A DNA stretch of 34,976 nucleotides from Utricularia gibba. Taxonomy: Eukaryota > Plantae > Magnoliophyta. Both the position numbers and the translations under genes were made by a program. Below, piece by piece: positions 1 through 11,839 of this stretch; the stretch's first letter is position 1; each line of letters begins with the position of its first letter. Below the pieces are notes generated by a model. It ran no database searches, was not told where the DNA came from, and saw only the letters and a program-made list of their open reading frames with translations. Where the stretch lies: contig NEEC01000178.1 in assembly GCA_002189035.1 (NCBI GenBank), forward strand, positions 1 to 34,976, read 5' to 3'.

Positions 1-2003
1 CCGACGGAGCTTGGAATGAATATCGTCACGTAGATTCACCTGAAGGCTTGCGTGTGAACCCGGCACCTGGTTCATACCCATGGGAAATTATACAAGGACA
101 GCTTTTATAGCTTTTTGTGCACAAGCGTACCCCCCGCTTCATGCTTATTGCAAACTACTGTTCGCCACCCTGTATCCTTGTGAAACTGCGCAAACACGCT
201 ACACCCATCGACGCACATAATGGTGGAGCAACACAAGTCACACGTACTGCTGCTCCAATTCCAAATTTCGTGAGCCTATTTGAACGGTCTTCCTTGATGC
301 CCAATTCTTTTCCAAACAACTTCTTTCTCCTCGAATGCGATTGCGGCGCGTAACTACGCCATTGGACGTGCTCTCCCTTGCCATCATTGCGAATCCATGT
401 GCTGAGTTTCAAGAGCCATGCGCTCCTGAAAACGAGCTACCGTAGAAAGCTCGTTTTTTCGAGGTACGAGACACTCCGCAGGGGATCCAATAGCTGCAAA
501 GGAGGTCGTCACACGGTGCTTGTAGAGAGTTCCTTGGCAACGACGTCGGTGACCCGATGTTGGTGTTTTTTCGTATGCATATCTCCATTCGCGGCATGTG
601 GAGCAAGTTCCATCCGCCCTCCATTCTCAAAGGAGGTGTTCTAGACACCGCGCCCTTTTGGAGGGTTTCTCGACTTGTTCGTCTTTTTTTCTTACTCCCA
701 TGGCTAATTGACTGCATTCCAACCCTTGGACTCGCAGAAACCTCATGCGATGAACGCTCCTTCGAACCACCGGACATGTAGGCGCACCTTGCATTCTACA
801 GCTTGAATGGTTCTACACAGCTACACGATTGTGAAAACGACGTTCACAACGCCGCGATCCAGGATCGATGACTTTGGGCGCAACCCTGGTCGCGTATGCG
901 TACCACCGTTTGTTGCTCCAAGGATCCCTTTGCGTGTGCCCCTCATGTTGGAATGCTGGTACGGCCTTCGAGAACCGATTTCTGTAGTTTTTTGCAGCCT
1001 CTCTGCTACGAACTTTTGGATTCAATTTTGGGATCGCAATAGTGATAACATTGGAATGCGAATTCGCCTCATACTTCCCTTTCATCATGTCCCAACTCAC
1101 GTTCCCTGAGTTCCTGCTGGTGAGCTCGTTCGGATTGTTATGCAATGCCTTTTAGAGAGCATGGTTTCCGCAAAGCGTGACCTTCTGTTGGCGAGTGTTG
1201 GCTTCCTTTGCTGCATGTTAACGGATCGTCGCCTTCGAGCCCACTCTGGGAAAACAAGTTGAGACGAAGAATGGCCATGACGCGGATGTCCTAAGAAAAT
1301 AGGAGCTTTGTCGCACTTGGGCGGGTGCTCCAGGAAAGATATGCAGGGTTTCGATGGTATTCCAGCCATCTCGTGAAGCTCGAAATGAAGGGAGCGAATG
1401 ATCGATGCTGTTAGAAACATGCATGGAGCCTCCTGCTGTGGAGTGAAGACGCATGATTGCGTGTGCTTGCATTACCTGCGTGGTTCGAGGTGCATGTAGG
1501 AGGCGCGTCATCGGGACCACCATCCACTCCACCTACAAGGAGAACCGAGCATACGTCAGAGGAGGTGGTGGTTACGTTTTGCATGTAGAGTATGCCACTT
1601 CCAACGCCATGCTCATTGATGGTGCTCCAGGTAGACCGAGGTCGGGCTGGTTGCTGCGTCGTTAGGTTGCCTCGTGATGTGTGTTCTGTTTCAAATCTCC
1701 ATAATCTGCTGCGTGCTCCCACATCTTTCCATGAAGTGAAGGAGGACACAAACGTATCTCCTCTCGTGAGGAAATACAAGCGGAACAACCCGAGTGCACC
1801 ACAATGAAGTGAACCTCGAAGAAGGACATTCCGGTCTGAAGACAAACCGCAAGAAGCACACAAATACACGATTTTAAGGTCATAGAGAAGGGAGTGGCAA
1901 CACTCACATCTATCCACGCCCCTTTTCTGCGACGGATGGGGACTTCTCGTGTTCTGCATACAAACATAAGCTACTCAACTTCTTTAAATCCATGTAGCAA
2001 AAA
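1..2003 (+). repeat. Unit 0 (lacks first 79 nt; about 10 nt of small deletions)
   Basis: Position 1 (CCGACGGAGC) matches 2083 in unit 1. Consensus alleles at all four substitution sites, with several 1-2 nt deletions. Confidence 0.97.
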
Positions 2004-4092
2004 GTGAGCTCGGGGACTGTCGATTCCCGTCAGCAGCCTGTCAAGATAGCATTGATATGCTGGCTATCGAGGGTGGCACTATCCGACGGAGCTTGGAATG
2101 AATATCGTCACGTAGATTCACCTGAAGGCTTGCGTGTGAACCCGGCACCTGGTTCATACCCATGGGAAATTATACAAGGACAGCTTTTATAGCTTTTTGT
2201 GCACAAGCGGTACCCCCGCTTCATGCTTATTGCAAACTACTGTTCGCCACCCTGTATCCTTGTGAAACTGCGCAAACACGCTACACCCATCGACGCACAT
2301 AATGGTGGAGCAACACAAGTCACACGTACTGCTGCTCCAATTCCAAATTTCGTGAGCCTATTTGAACGGTCTTCCTTGATGCCCAATTCTTTTCCAAACA
2401 ACTTCTTTTCTCCTCGAATGCGATTGCGGCGCGGTAACTACGCCATTGGACGTGCTCTCCCTTGCCATCATTGCGAATCCATGTGCTGAGTTTCAAGAGC
2501 CATGCGCTCCTGAAAACGAGCTACCGTAGAAAGCTCGTTTTTTCGAGGTACGGAGACACTCCGCAGGGGATCCAATAGCTGCAAAGGAGGTCGTCACACG
2601 GTGCTTGTAGAGAGTTCCTTGGCAACGACGTCGGTGACCCGATGTTGGTGTTTTTTCGTATGCATATCTCCATTCGCGGCATGTGGAGCAAGTTCCATCC
2701 GCCCTCCATTCTCAAAGGAGGTGTTCTAGACACCGCGCCCTTTTGGAGGGTTTCTCGACTTGTTCGTCTTTTTTTCTTACTCCCATGGCTAATTGACTGC
2801 ATTCCAACCCTTGGACTCGCAGAAACCTCATGCGGATGAACGCTCCTTCGAACCACCGGACATGTAGGCGCACCTTGCATTCTACAGCTTGAATGGTTCT
2901 ACACAGCTACACGATTGTGAAAACGACGTTCACAACGCCGCGATCCAGGATCGATGACTTTGGGCGCAACCCTGGTCGCGTATGCGTACCACCGTTTGTT
3001 GCTCCAAGGATCCCTTTGCGTGTGCCCCTCATGTTGGAATGCTGGTACGGCCTTCGAGAACCGATTCTGTAGTTTTTTGCAGCCTCTCTGCTACGAACTT
3101 TTGCATTCAATTTTGGGATCGCAAATAGTGATAACATTGGAATGCGAATTCGCCTCATACTTCCCTTTCATCATGTCCCAACTCACGTTCCCTGAGTTCC
3201 TGCTGGTGAGCTCGTTCGGATTGTTATGCAATGCCTTTTAGAGAGCATGGTTTCCGCAAAGCGTGACCTTCTGTTGGCGAGTGTTGGCTTCCTTTGCTGC
3301 ATGTTAACGGATCGTCGCCTTCGAGCCCACTCTGGGAAAACAAGTTGAGACGAAGAATGGCCATGACGCGGATGTCCTAAGAAAATAGGAGCTTTGTCGC
3401 ACTTGGGCGGGTGCTCCAGGAAAGATATGCAGGGTTTCGATGGTATTCCAGCCATCTCGTGAAGCTCGAAATGAAGGGGAGCGAATGATCGATGCTGTTA
3501 GAAACATGCAAGGAGCCTCCTGCTGTGGAGTGAAGACGCATGATGTTGCGTGTGCTTGCATTACCTGCGTGGTTCGAGGTGCATGTAGGAGGCGCGTCAT
3601 CGGGACCACCATCCACTCCACCTACAAGGAGAACCGAGCATACGTCAGAGGAGGTGGTGGTTACGTTTTGCATGTAGAGTATGCCACTTCCAACGCCATG
3701 CTCATTGATGGTGCTCCAGGTAGACCGAGGTCGGGCTGGTTGCTGCGTCGTTAGGTTGCCTCGTGATGTGTGTTCTGTTTCAAATCTCCATAATCTGCTG
3801 CGTGCTCCCACATCTTTCCATGAAGTGAAGGAGGACACAAACGTATCTCCTCTCGTGAGGAAATACAAGCGGAACAACCCGAGTGCACCACAATGAAGTG
3901 AACCTCGAAGAAGGACATTCCGGTCTGAAGACAAACCGCAAGAAGCACACAAATACACGATTTTAAGGTCATAGAGAAGGGAGTGGCAACACTCACATCT
4001 ATCCACGCCCCTTTTCTGCGACGGATGGGGACTTCTCGTGTTCTGCATACAAACATAAGCTACTCAACTTCTTTAAATCCATGTAGCAAAAA
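2004..4092 (+). repeat. Unit 1 (2,089 bp; variant alleles C3104, A3511)
   Basis: Anchor to anchor; TTTTGCATTC and CATGCAAGG alleles. Confidence 0.97.
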
Positions 4093-6177
4093 GTGAGCTC
4101 GGGGACTGTCGATTCCCGTCAGCAGCCTGTCAAGATAGCATTGATATGCTGGCTATCGAGGGTGGCACTATCCGACGGAGCTTGGAATGAATATCGTCAC
4201 GTAGATTCACCTGAAGGCTTGCGTGTGAACCCGGCACCTGGTTCATACCCATGGGAAATTATACAAGGACAGCTTTTATAGCTTTTTGTGCACAAGCGGT
4301 ACCCCCCGCTTCATGCTTATTGCAAACTACTGTTCGCCACCCTGTATCCTTGTGAAACTGCGCAAACACGCTACGCCCATCGACGCACATAATGGTGGAG
4401 CAACACAAGTCACACGTACTGCTGCTCCAATTCCAAATTTCGTGAGCCTATTTGAACGGTCTTCCTTGATGCCCAATTCTTTTCCAAACAACTTCTTTTC
4501 ACCTCGAATGCGATTGCGGCGCGGTAACTACGCCATTGGACGTGCTCTCCCTTGCCATCATTGCGAATCCATGTGCTGAGTTTCAAGAGCCATGCGCTCC
4601 TGAAAACGAGCTACCGTAGAAAGCTCGTTTTTTCGAGGTACGGAGACACTCCGCAGGGGGATCCAATAGCTGCAAAGGAGGTCGTCACACGGTGCTTGTA
4701 GAGAGTTCCTTGGCAACGACGTCGGTGACCCGATGTTGGTGTTTTTTCGTATGCATATCTCCATTCGCGGCATGTGGAGCAAGTTCCATCCGCCCTCCAT
4801 TCTCAAAGGAGGTGTTCTAGACACCGCGCCCTTTTGGAGGGTTTCTCGACTTGTTCGTCTTTTTTTCTTACTCCCATGGCTAATTGACTGCATTCCAACC
4901 TTGGACTCGCAGAAACCTCATGCGGATGAACGCTCCTTCGAACACCGGACATGTAGGCGCACCTTGCATTCTACAGCTTGAATGGTTCTACACAGCTACA
5001 CGATTGTGAAAACGACGTTCACAACGCCGCGATCCAGGATCGATGACTTTGGGCGCAACCCTGGTCGCGTATGCGTACCACCGTTTGTTGCTCCAAGGAT
5101 CCCTTTGCGTGTGCCCCTCATGTTGGAATGCTGGTACGGCCTTCGAGAACCGATTTCTGTAGTTTTTTGCAGCCTCTCTGCTACGAACTTTTGCATTCAA
5201 TTTTGGGATCGCAAATAGTGATAACATTGGAATGCGAATTCGCCTCATACTTCCCTTTCATCATGTCCCAACTCACGTTCCCTGAGTTCCTGCTGGTGAG
5301 CTCGTTCGGATTGTTATGCAATGCCTTTTAGAGAGCATGGTTTCCGCAAAGCGTGACCTTCTGTTGGCGAGTGTTGGCTTCCTTTGCTGCATGTTAACGG
5401 ATCGTCGCCTTCGAGCCCACTCTGGGAAAACAAGTTGAGACGAAGAATGGCCATGACGCGGATGTCCTAAGAAAATAGGAGCTTTGTCGCACTTGGGCGG
5501 TGCTCCAGGAAAGATATGCAGGGTTTCGATGGTATTCCAGCCATCTCGTGAAGCTCGAAATGGGAGCGAATGATCGATGCTGTTAGAAACATGCAAGGAG
5601 CCTCCTGCTGTGGAGTGAAGACGCATGATGTTGCGTGTGCTTGCATTACCTGCGTGGTTCGAGGTGCATGTAGGAGGCGCGTCATCGGGACCACCATCCA
5701 CTCCACCTACAAGGAGAACCGAGCATACGTCAGAGGAGGTGGTGGTTACGTTTTGCATGTAGAGTATGCCACTTCCAACGCCATGCTCATTGATGGTGCT
5801 CCAGGTAGACCGAGGTCGGGCTGGTTGCTGCGTCGTTAGGTTGCCTCGTGATGTGTGTTCTGTTTCAAATCTCCATAATCTGCTGCGTGCTCCCACATCT
5901 TTCCATGAAGTGAAGGAGGACACAAACGTATCTCCTCTCGTGAGGAAATACAAGCGGAACAACCCGAGTGCACCACAATGAAGTGAACCTCGAAGAAGGA
6001 CATTCCGGTCTGAAGACAAACCGCAAGAAGCACACAAATACACGATTTTAAGGTCATAGAGAAGGGAGTGGCAACACTCACATCTATCCACGCCCCTTTT
6101 CTGCGACGGATGGGGACTTCTCGTGTTCTGCATACAAACATAAGCTACTCAACTTCTTTAAATCCATGTAGCAAAAA
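4093..6177 (+). repeat. Unit 2 (2,085 bp; variant alleles G4375, A4501, C5194, A5596)
   Basis: Anchor to anchor; carries all four substitutions plus 7 nt of small deletions. Confidence 0.97.
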
Positions 6178-7656
6178 GTGAGCTCGGGGACTGTCGATTC
6201 CCGTCAGCAGCCTGTCAAGATAGCATTGATATGCTGGCTATCGAGGGTGGCACTATCCGACGGAGCTTGGAATGAATATCGTCACGTAGATTCACCTGAA
6301 GGCTTGCGTGTGAACCCGGCACCTGGTTCATACCCATGGGAAATTATACAAGGACAGCTTTTATAGCTTTTTGTGCACAAGCGGTACCCCCCGCTTCATG
6401 CTTATTGCAAACTACTGTTCGCCACCCTGTATCCTTGTGAAACTGCGCAAACACGCTACACCCATCGACGCACATAATGGTGGAGCAACACAAGTCACAC
6501 GTACTGCTGCTCCAATTCCAAATTTCGTGAGCCTATTTGAACGGTCTTCCTTGATGCCCAATTCTTTTCCAAACAACTTCTTTTCTCCTCGAATGCGATT
6601 GCGGCGCGGTAACTACGCCATTGGACGTGCTCTCCCTTGCCATCATTGCGAATCCATGTGCTGAGTTTCAAGAGCCATGCGCTCCTGAAAACGAGCTACC
6701 GTAGAAAGCTCGTTTTTTCGAGGTACGGAGACACTCCGCAGGGGGATCCAATAGCTGCAAAGGAGGTCGTCACACGGTGCTTGTAGAGAGTTCCTTGGCA
6801 ACGACGTCGGTGACCCGATGTTGGTGTTTTTTCGTATGCATATCTCCATTCGCGGCATGTGGAGCAAGTTCCATCCGCCCTCCATTCTCAAAGGAGGTGT
6901 TCTAGACACCGCGCCCTTTTGGAGGGTTTCTCGACTTGTTCGTCTTTTTTTCTTACTCCCATGGCTAATTGACTGCATTCCAACCCTTGGACTCGCAGAA
7001 ACCTCATGCGGATGAACGCTCCTTCGAACCACCGGACATGTAGGCGCACCTTGCATTCTACAGCTTGAATGGTTCTACACAGCTACACGATTGTGAAAAC
7101 GACGTTCACAACGCCGCGATCCAGGATCGATGACTTTGGGCGCAACCCTGGTCGCGTATGCGTACCACCGTTTGTTGCTCCAAGGATCCCTTTGCGTGTG
7201 CCCCTCATGTTGGAATGCTGGTACGGCCTTCGAGAACCGATTTCTGTAGTTTTTTGCAGCCTCTCTGCTACGAACTTTTGCATTCAATTTTGGGATCGCA
7301 AATAGTGATAACATTGGAATGCGAATTCGCCTCATACTTCCCTTTCATCATGTCCCAACTCACGTTCCCTGAGTTCCTGCTGGTGAGCTCGTTCGGATTG
7401 TTATGCAATGCCTTTTAGAGAGCATGGTTTCCGCAAAGCGTGACCTTCTGTTGGCGAGTGTTGGCTTCCTTTGCTGCATGTTAACGGTCTGAAGACAAAC
7501 CGCAAGAAGCACACAAATACACGATTTTAAGGTCATAGAGAAGGGAGTGGCAACACTCACATCTATCCACGCCCCTTTTCTGCGACGGATGGGGACTTCT
7601 CGTGTTCTGCATACAAACATAAGCTACTCAACTTCTTTAAATCCATGTAGCAAAAA
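6178..7656 (+). repeat. Unit 3, internally deleted (1,479 bp = 2,092 - 613)
   Basis: The junction TTAA-CGG-TCTGAAG at 7481-7494 joins consensus TTAACGG|ATCG to ATTCCGG|TCTG. Carries the variant allele C7281. Confidence 0.98.
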
Positions 7657-9748
7657 GTGAGCTCGGGGACTGTCGATTCCCGTCAGCAGCCTGTCAAGAT
7701 AGCATTGATATGCTGGCTATCGAGGGTGGCACTATCCGACGGAGCTTGGAATGAATATCGTCACGTAGATTCACCTGAAGGCTTGCGTGTGAACCCGGCA
7801 CCTGGTTCATACCCATGGGAAATTATACAAGGACAGCTTTTATAGCTTTTTGTGCACAAGCGGTACCCCCCGCTTCATGCTTATTGCAAACTACTGTTCG
7901 CCACCCTGTATCCTTGTGAAACTGCGCAAACACGCTACGCCCATCGACGCACATAATGGTGGAGCAACACAAGTCACACGTACTGCTGCTCCAATTCCAA
8001 ATTTCGTGAGCCTATTTGAACGGTCTTCCTTGATGCCCAATTCTTTTCCAAACAACTTCTTTTCACCTCGAATGCGATTGCGGCGCGGTAACTACGCCAT
8101 TGGACGTGCTCTCCCTTGCCATCATTGCGAATCCATGTGCTGAGTTTCAAGAGCCATGCGCTCCTGAAAACGAGCTACCGTAGAAAGCTCGTTTTTTCGA
8201 GGTACGGAGACACTCCGCAGGGGGATCCAATAGCTGCAAAGGAGGTCGTCACACGGTGCTTGTAGAGAGTTCCTTGGCAACGACGTCGGTGACCCGATGT
8301 TGGTGTTTTTTCGTATGCATATCTCCATTCGCGGCATGTGGAGCAAGTTCCATCCGCCCTCCATTCTCAAAGGAGGTGTTCTAGACACCGCGCCCTTTTG
8401 GAGGGTTTCTCGACTTGTTCGTCTTTTTTTCTTACTCCCATGGCTAATTGACTGCATTCCAACCCTTGGACTCGCAGAAACCTCATGCGGATGAACGCTC
8501 CTTCGAACCACCGGACATGTAGGCGCACCTTGCATTCTACAGCTTGAATGGTTCTACACAGCTACACGATTGTGAAAACGACGTTCACAACGCCGCGATC
8601 CAGGATCGATGACTTTGGGCGCAACCCTGGTCGCGTATGCGTACCACCGTTTGTTGCTCCAAGGATCCCTTTGCGTGTGCCCCTCATGTTGGAATGCTGG
8701 TACGGCCTTCGAGAACCGATTTCTGTAGTTTTTTGCAGCCTCTCTGCTACGAACTTTTGCATTCAATTTTGGGATCGCAAATAGTGATAACATTGGAATG
8801 CGAATTCGCCTCATACTTCCCTTTCATCATGTCCCAACTCACGTTCCCTGAGTTCCTGCTGGTGAGCTCGTTCGGATTGTTATGCAATGCCTTTTAGAGA
8901 GCATGGTTTCCGCAAAGCGTGACCTTCTGTTGGCGAGTGTTGGCTTCCTTTGCTGCATGTTAACGGATCGTCGCCTTCGAGCCCACTCTGGGAAAACAAG
9001 TTGAGACGAAGAATGGCCATGACGCGGATGTCCTAAGAAAATAGGAGCTTTGTCGCACTTGGGCGGGTGCTCCAGGAAAGATATGCAGGGTTTCGATGGT
9101 ATTCCAGCCATCTCGTGAAGCTCGAAATGAAGGGGAGCGAATGATCGATGCTGTTAGAAACATGCATGGAGCCTCCTGCTGTGGAGTGAAGACGCATGAT
9201 GTTGCGTGTGCTTGCATTACCTGCGTGGTTCGAGGTGCATGTAGGAGGCGCGTCATCGGGACCACCATCCACTCCACCTACAAGGAGAACCGAGCATACG
9301 TCAGAGGAGGTGGTGGTTACGTTTTGCATGTAGAGTATGCCACTTCCAACGCCATGCTCATTGATGGTGCTCCAGGTAGACCGAGGTCGGGCTGGTTGCT
9401 GCGTCGTTAGGTTGCCTCGTGATGTGTGTTCTGTTTCAAATCTCCATAATCTGCTGCGTGCTCCCACATCTTTCCATGAAGTGAAGGAGGACACAAACGT
9501 ATCTCCTCTCGTGAGGAAATACAAGCGGAACAACCCGAGTGCACCACAATGAAGTGAACCTCGAAGAAGGACATTCCGGTCTGAAGACAAACCGCAAGAA
9601 GCACACAAATACACGATTTTAAGGTCATAGAGAAGGGAGTGGCAACACTCACATCTATCCACGCCCCTTTTCTGCGACGGATGGGGACTTCTCGTGTTCT
9701 GCATACAAACATAAGCTACTCAACTTCTTTAAATCCATGTAGCAAAAA
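7657..9748 (+). repeat. Unit 4 (2,092 bp; variant alleles G7939, A8065, C8760)
   Basis: Anchor to anchor; same 5' haplotype as unit 2 but consensus T at the CATGCAT site. Confidence 0.97.
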
Positions 9749-11839
9749 GTGAGCTCGGGGACTGTCGATTCCCGTCAGCAGCCTGTCAAGATAGCATTGA
9801 TATGCTGGCTATCGAGGGTGGCACTATCCGACGGAGCTTGGAATGAATATCGTCACGTAGATTCACCTGAAGGCTTGCGTGTGAACCCGGCACCTGGTTC
9901 ATACCCATGGGAAATTATACAAGGACAGCTTTTATAGCTTTTTGTGCACAAGCGGTACCCCCCGCTTCATGCTTATTGCAAACTACTGTTCGCCACCCTG
10001 TATCCTTGTGAAACTGCGCAAACACGCTACACCCATCGACGCACATAATGGTGGAGCAACACAAGTCACACGTACTGCTGCTCCAATTCCAAATTTCGTG
10101 AGCCTATTTGAACGGTCTTCCTTGATGCCCAATTCTTTTCCAAACAACTTCTTTTCTCCTCGAATGCGATTGCGGCGCGGTAACTACGCCATTGGACGTG
10201 CTCTCCCTTGCCATCATTGCGAATCCATGTGCTGAGTTTCAAGAGCCATGCGCTCCTGAAAACGAGCTACCGTAGAAAGCTCGTTTTTTCGAGGTACGGA
10301 GACACTCCGCAGGGGGATCCAATAGCTGCAAAGGAGGTCGTCACACGGTGCTTGTAGAGAGTTCCTTGGCAACGACGTCGGTGACCCGATGTTGGTGTTT
10401 TTTCGTATGCATATCTCCATTCGCGGCATGTGGAGCAAGTTCCATCCGCCCTCCATTCTCAAAGGAGGTGTTCTAGACACCGCGCCCTTTTGGAGGGTTT
10501 CTCGACTTGTTCGTCTTTTTTTCTTACTCCCATGGCTAATTGACTGCATTCCAACCCTTGGACTCGCAGAAACCTCATGCGGATGAACGCTCCTTCGAAC
10601 CACCGGACATGTAGGCGCACCTTGCATTCTACAGCTTGAATGGTTCTACACAGCTACACGATTGTGAAAACGACGTTCACAACGCCGCGATCCAGGATCG
10701 ATGACTTTGGGCGCAACCCTGGTCGCGTATGCGTACCACCGTTTGTTGCTCCAAGGATCCCTTTGCGTGTGCCCCTCATGTTGGAATGCTGGTACGGCCT
10801 TCGAGAACCGATTTCTGTAGTTTTTTGCAGCCTCTCTGCTACGAACTTTTGATTCAATTTTGGGATCGCAAATAGTGATAACATTGGAATGCGAATTCGC
10901 CTCATACTTCCCTTTCATCATGTCCCAACTCACGTTCCCTGAGTTCCTGCTGGTGAGCTCGTTCGGATTGTTATGCAATGCCTTTTAGAGAGCATGGTTT
11001 CCGCAAAGCGTGACCTTCTGTTGGCGAGTGTTGGCTTCCTTTGCTGCATGTTAACGGATCGTCGCCTTCGAGCCCACTCTGGGAAAACAAGTTGAGACGA
11101 AGAATGGCCATGACGCGGATGTCCTAAGAAAATAGGAGCTTTGTCGCACTTGGGCGGGTGCTCCAGGAAAGATATGCAGGGTTTCGATGGTATTCCAGCC
11201 ATCTCGTGAAGCTCGAAATGAAGGGGAGCGAATGATCGATGCTGTTAGAAACATGCATGGAGCCTCCTGCTGTGGAGTGAAGACGCATGATGTTGCGTGT
11301 GCTTGCATTACCTGCGTGGTTCGAGGTGCATGTAGGAGGCGCGTCATCGGGACCACCATCCACTCCACCTACAAGGAGAACCGAGCATACGTCAGAGGAG
11401 GTGGTGGTTACGTTTTGCATGTAGAGTATGCCACTTCCAACGCCATGCTCATTGATGGTGCTCCAGGTAGACCGAGGTCGGGCTGGTTGCTGCGTCGTTA
11501 GGTTGCCTCGTGATGTGTGTTCTGTTTCAAATCTCCATAATCTGCTGCGTGCTCCCACATCTTTCCATGAAGTGAAGGAGGACACAAACGTATCTCCTCT
11601 CGTGAGGAAATACAAGCGGAACAACCCGAGTGCACCACAATGAAGTGAACCTCGAAGAAGGACATTCCGGTCTGAAGACAAACCGCAAGAAGCACACAAA
11701 TACACGATTTTAAGGTCATAGAGAAGGGAGTGGCAACACTCACATCTATCCACGCCCCTTTTCTGCGACGGATGGGGACTTCTCGTGTTCTGCATACAAA
11801 CATAAGCTACTCAACTTCTTTAAATCCATGTAGCAAAAA
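9749..11839 (+). repeat. Unit 5 (2,091 bp)
   Basis: Anchor to anchor; one base missing at the G/C polymorphic site (TTTTGATTC near 10851). Confidence 0.97.

Noticed and set aside
5273-6133. Longer unit-specific ORFs (286 aa here, 247 aa at 17327-18070, 190 aa at 29948-30520)
   Set aside because: Each is created by a single-copy 1-4 nt deletion fusing frames, most likely a consensus error.
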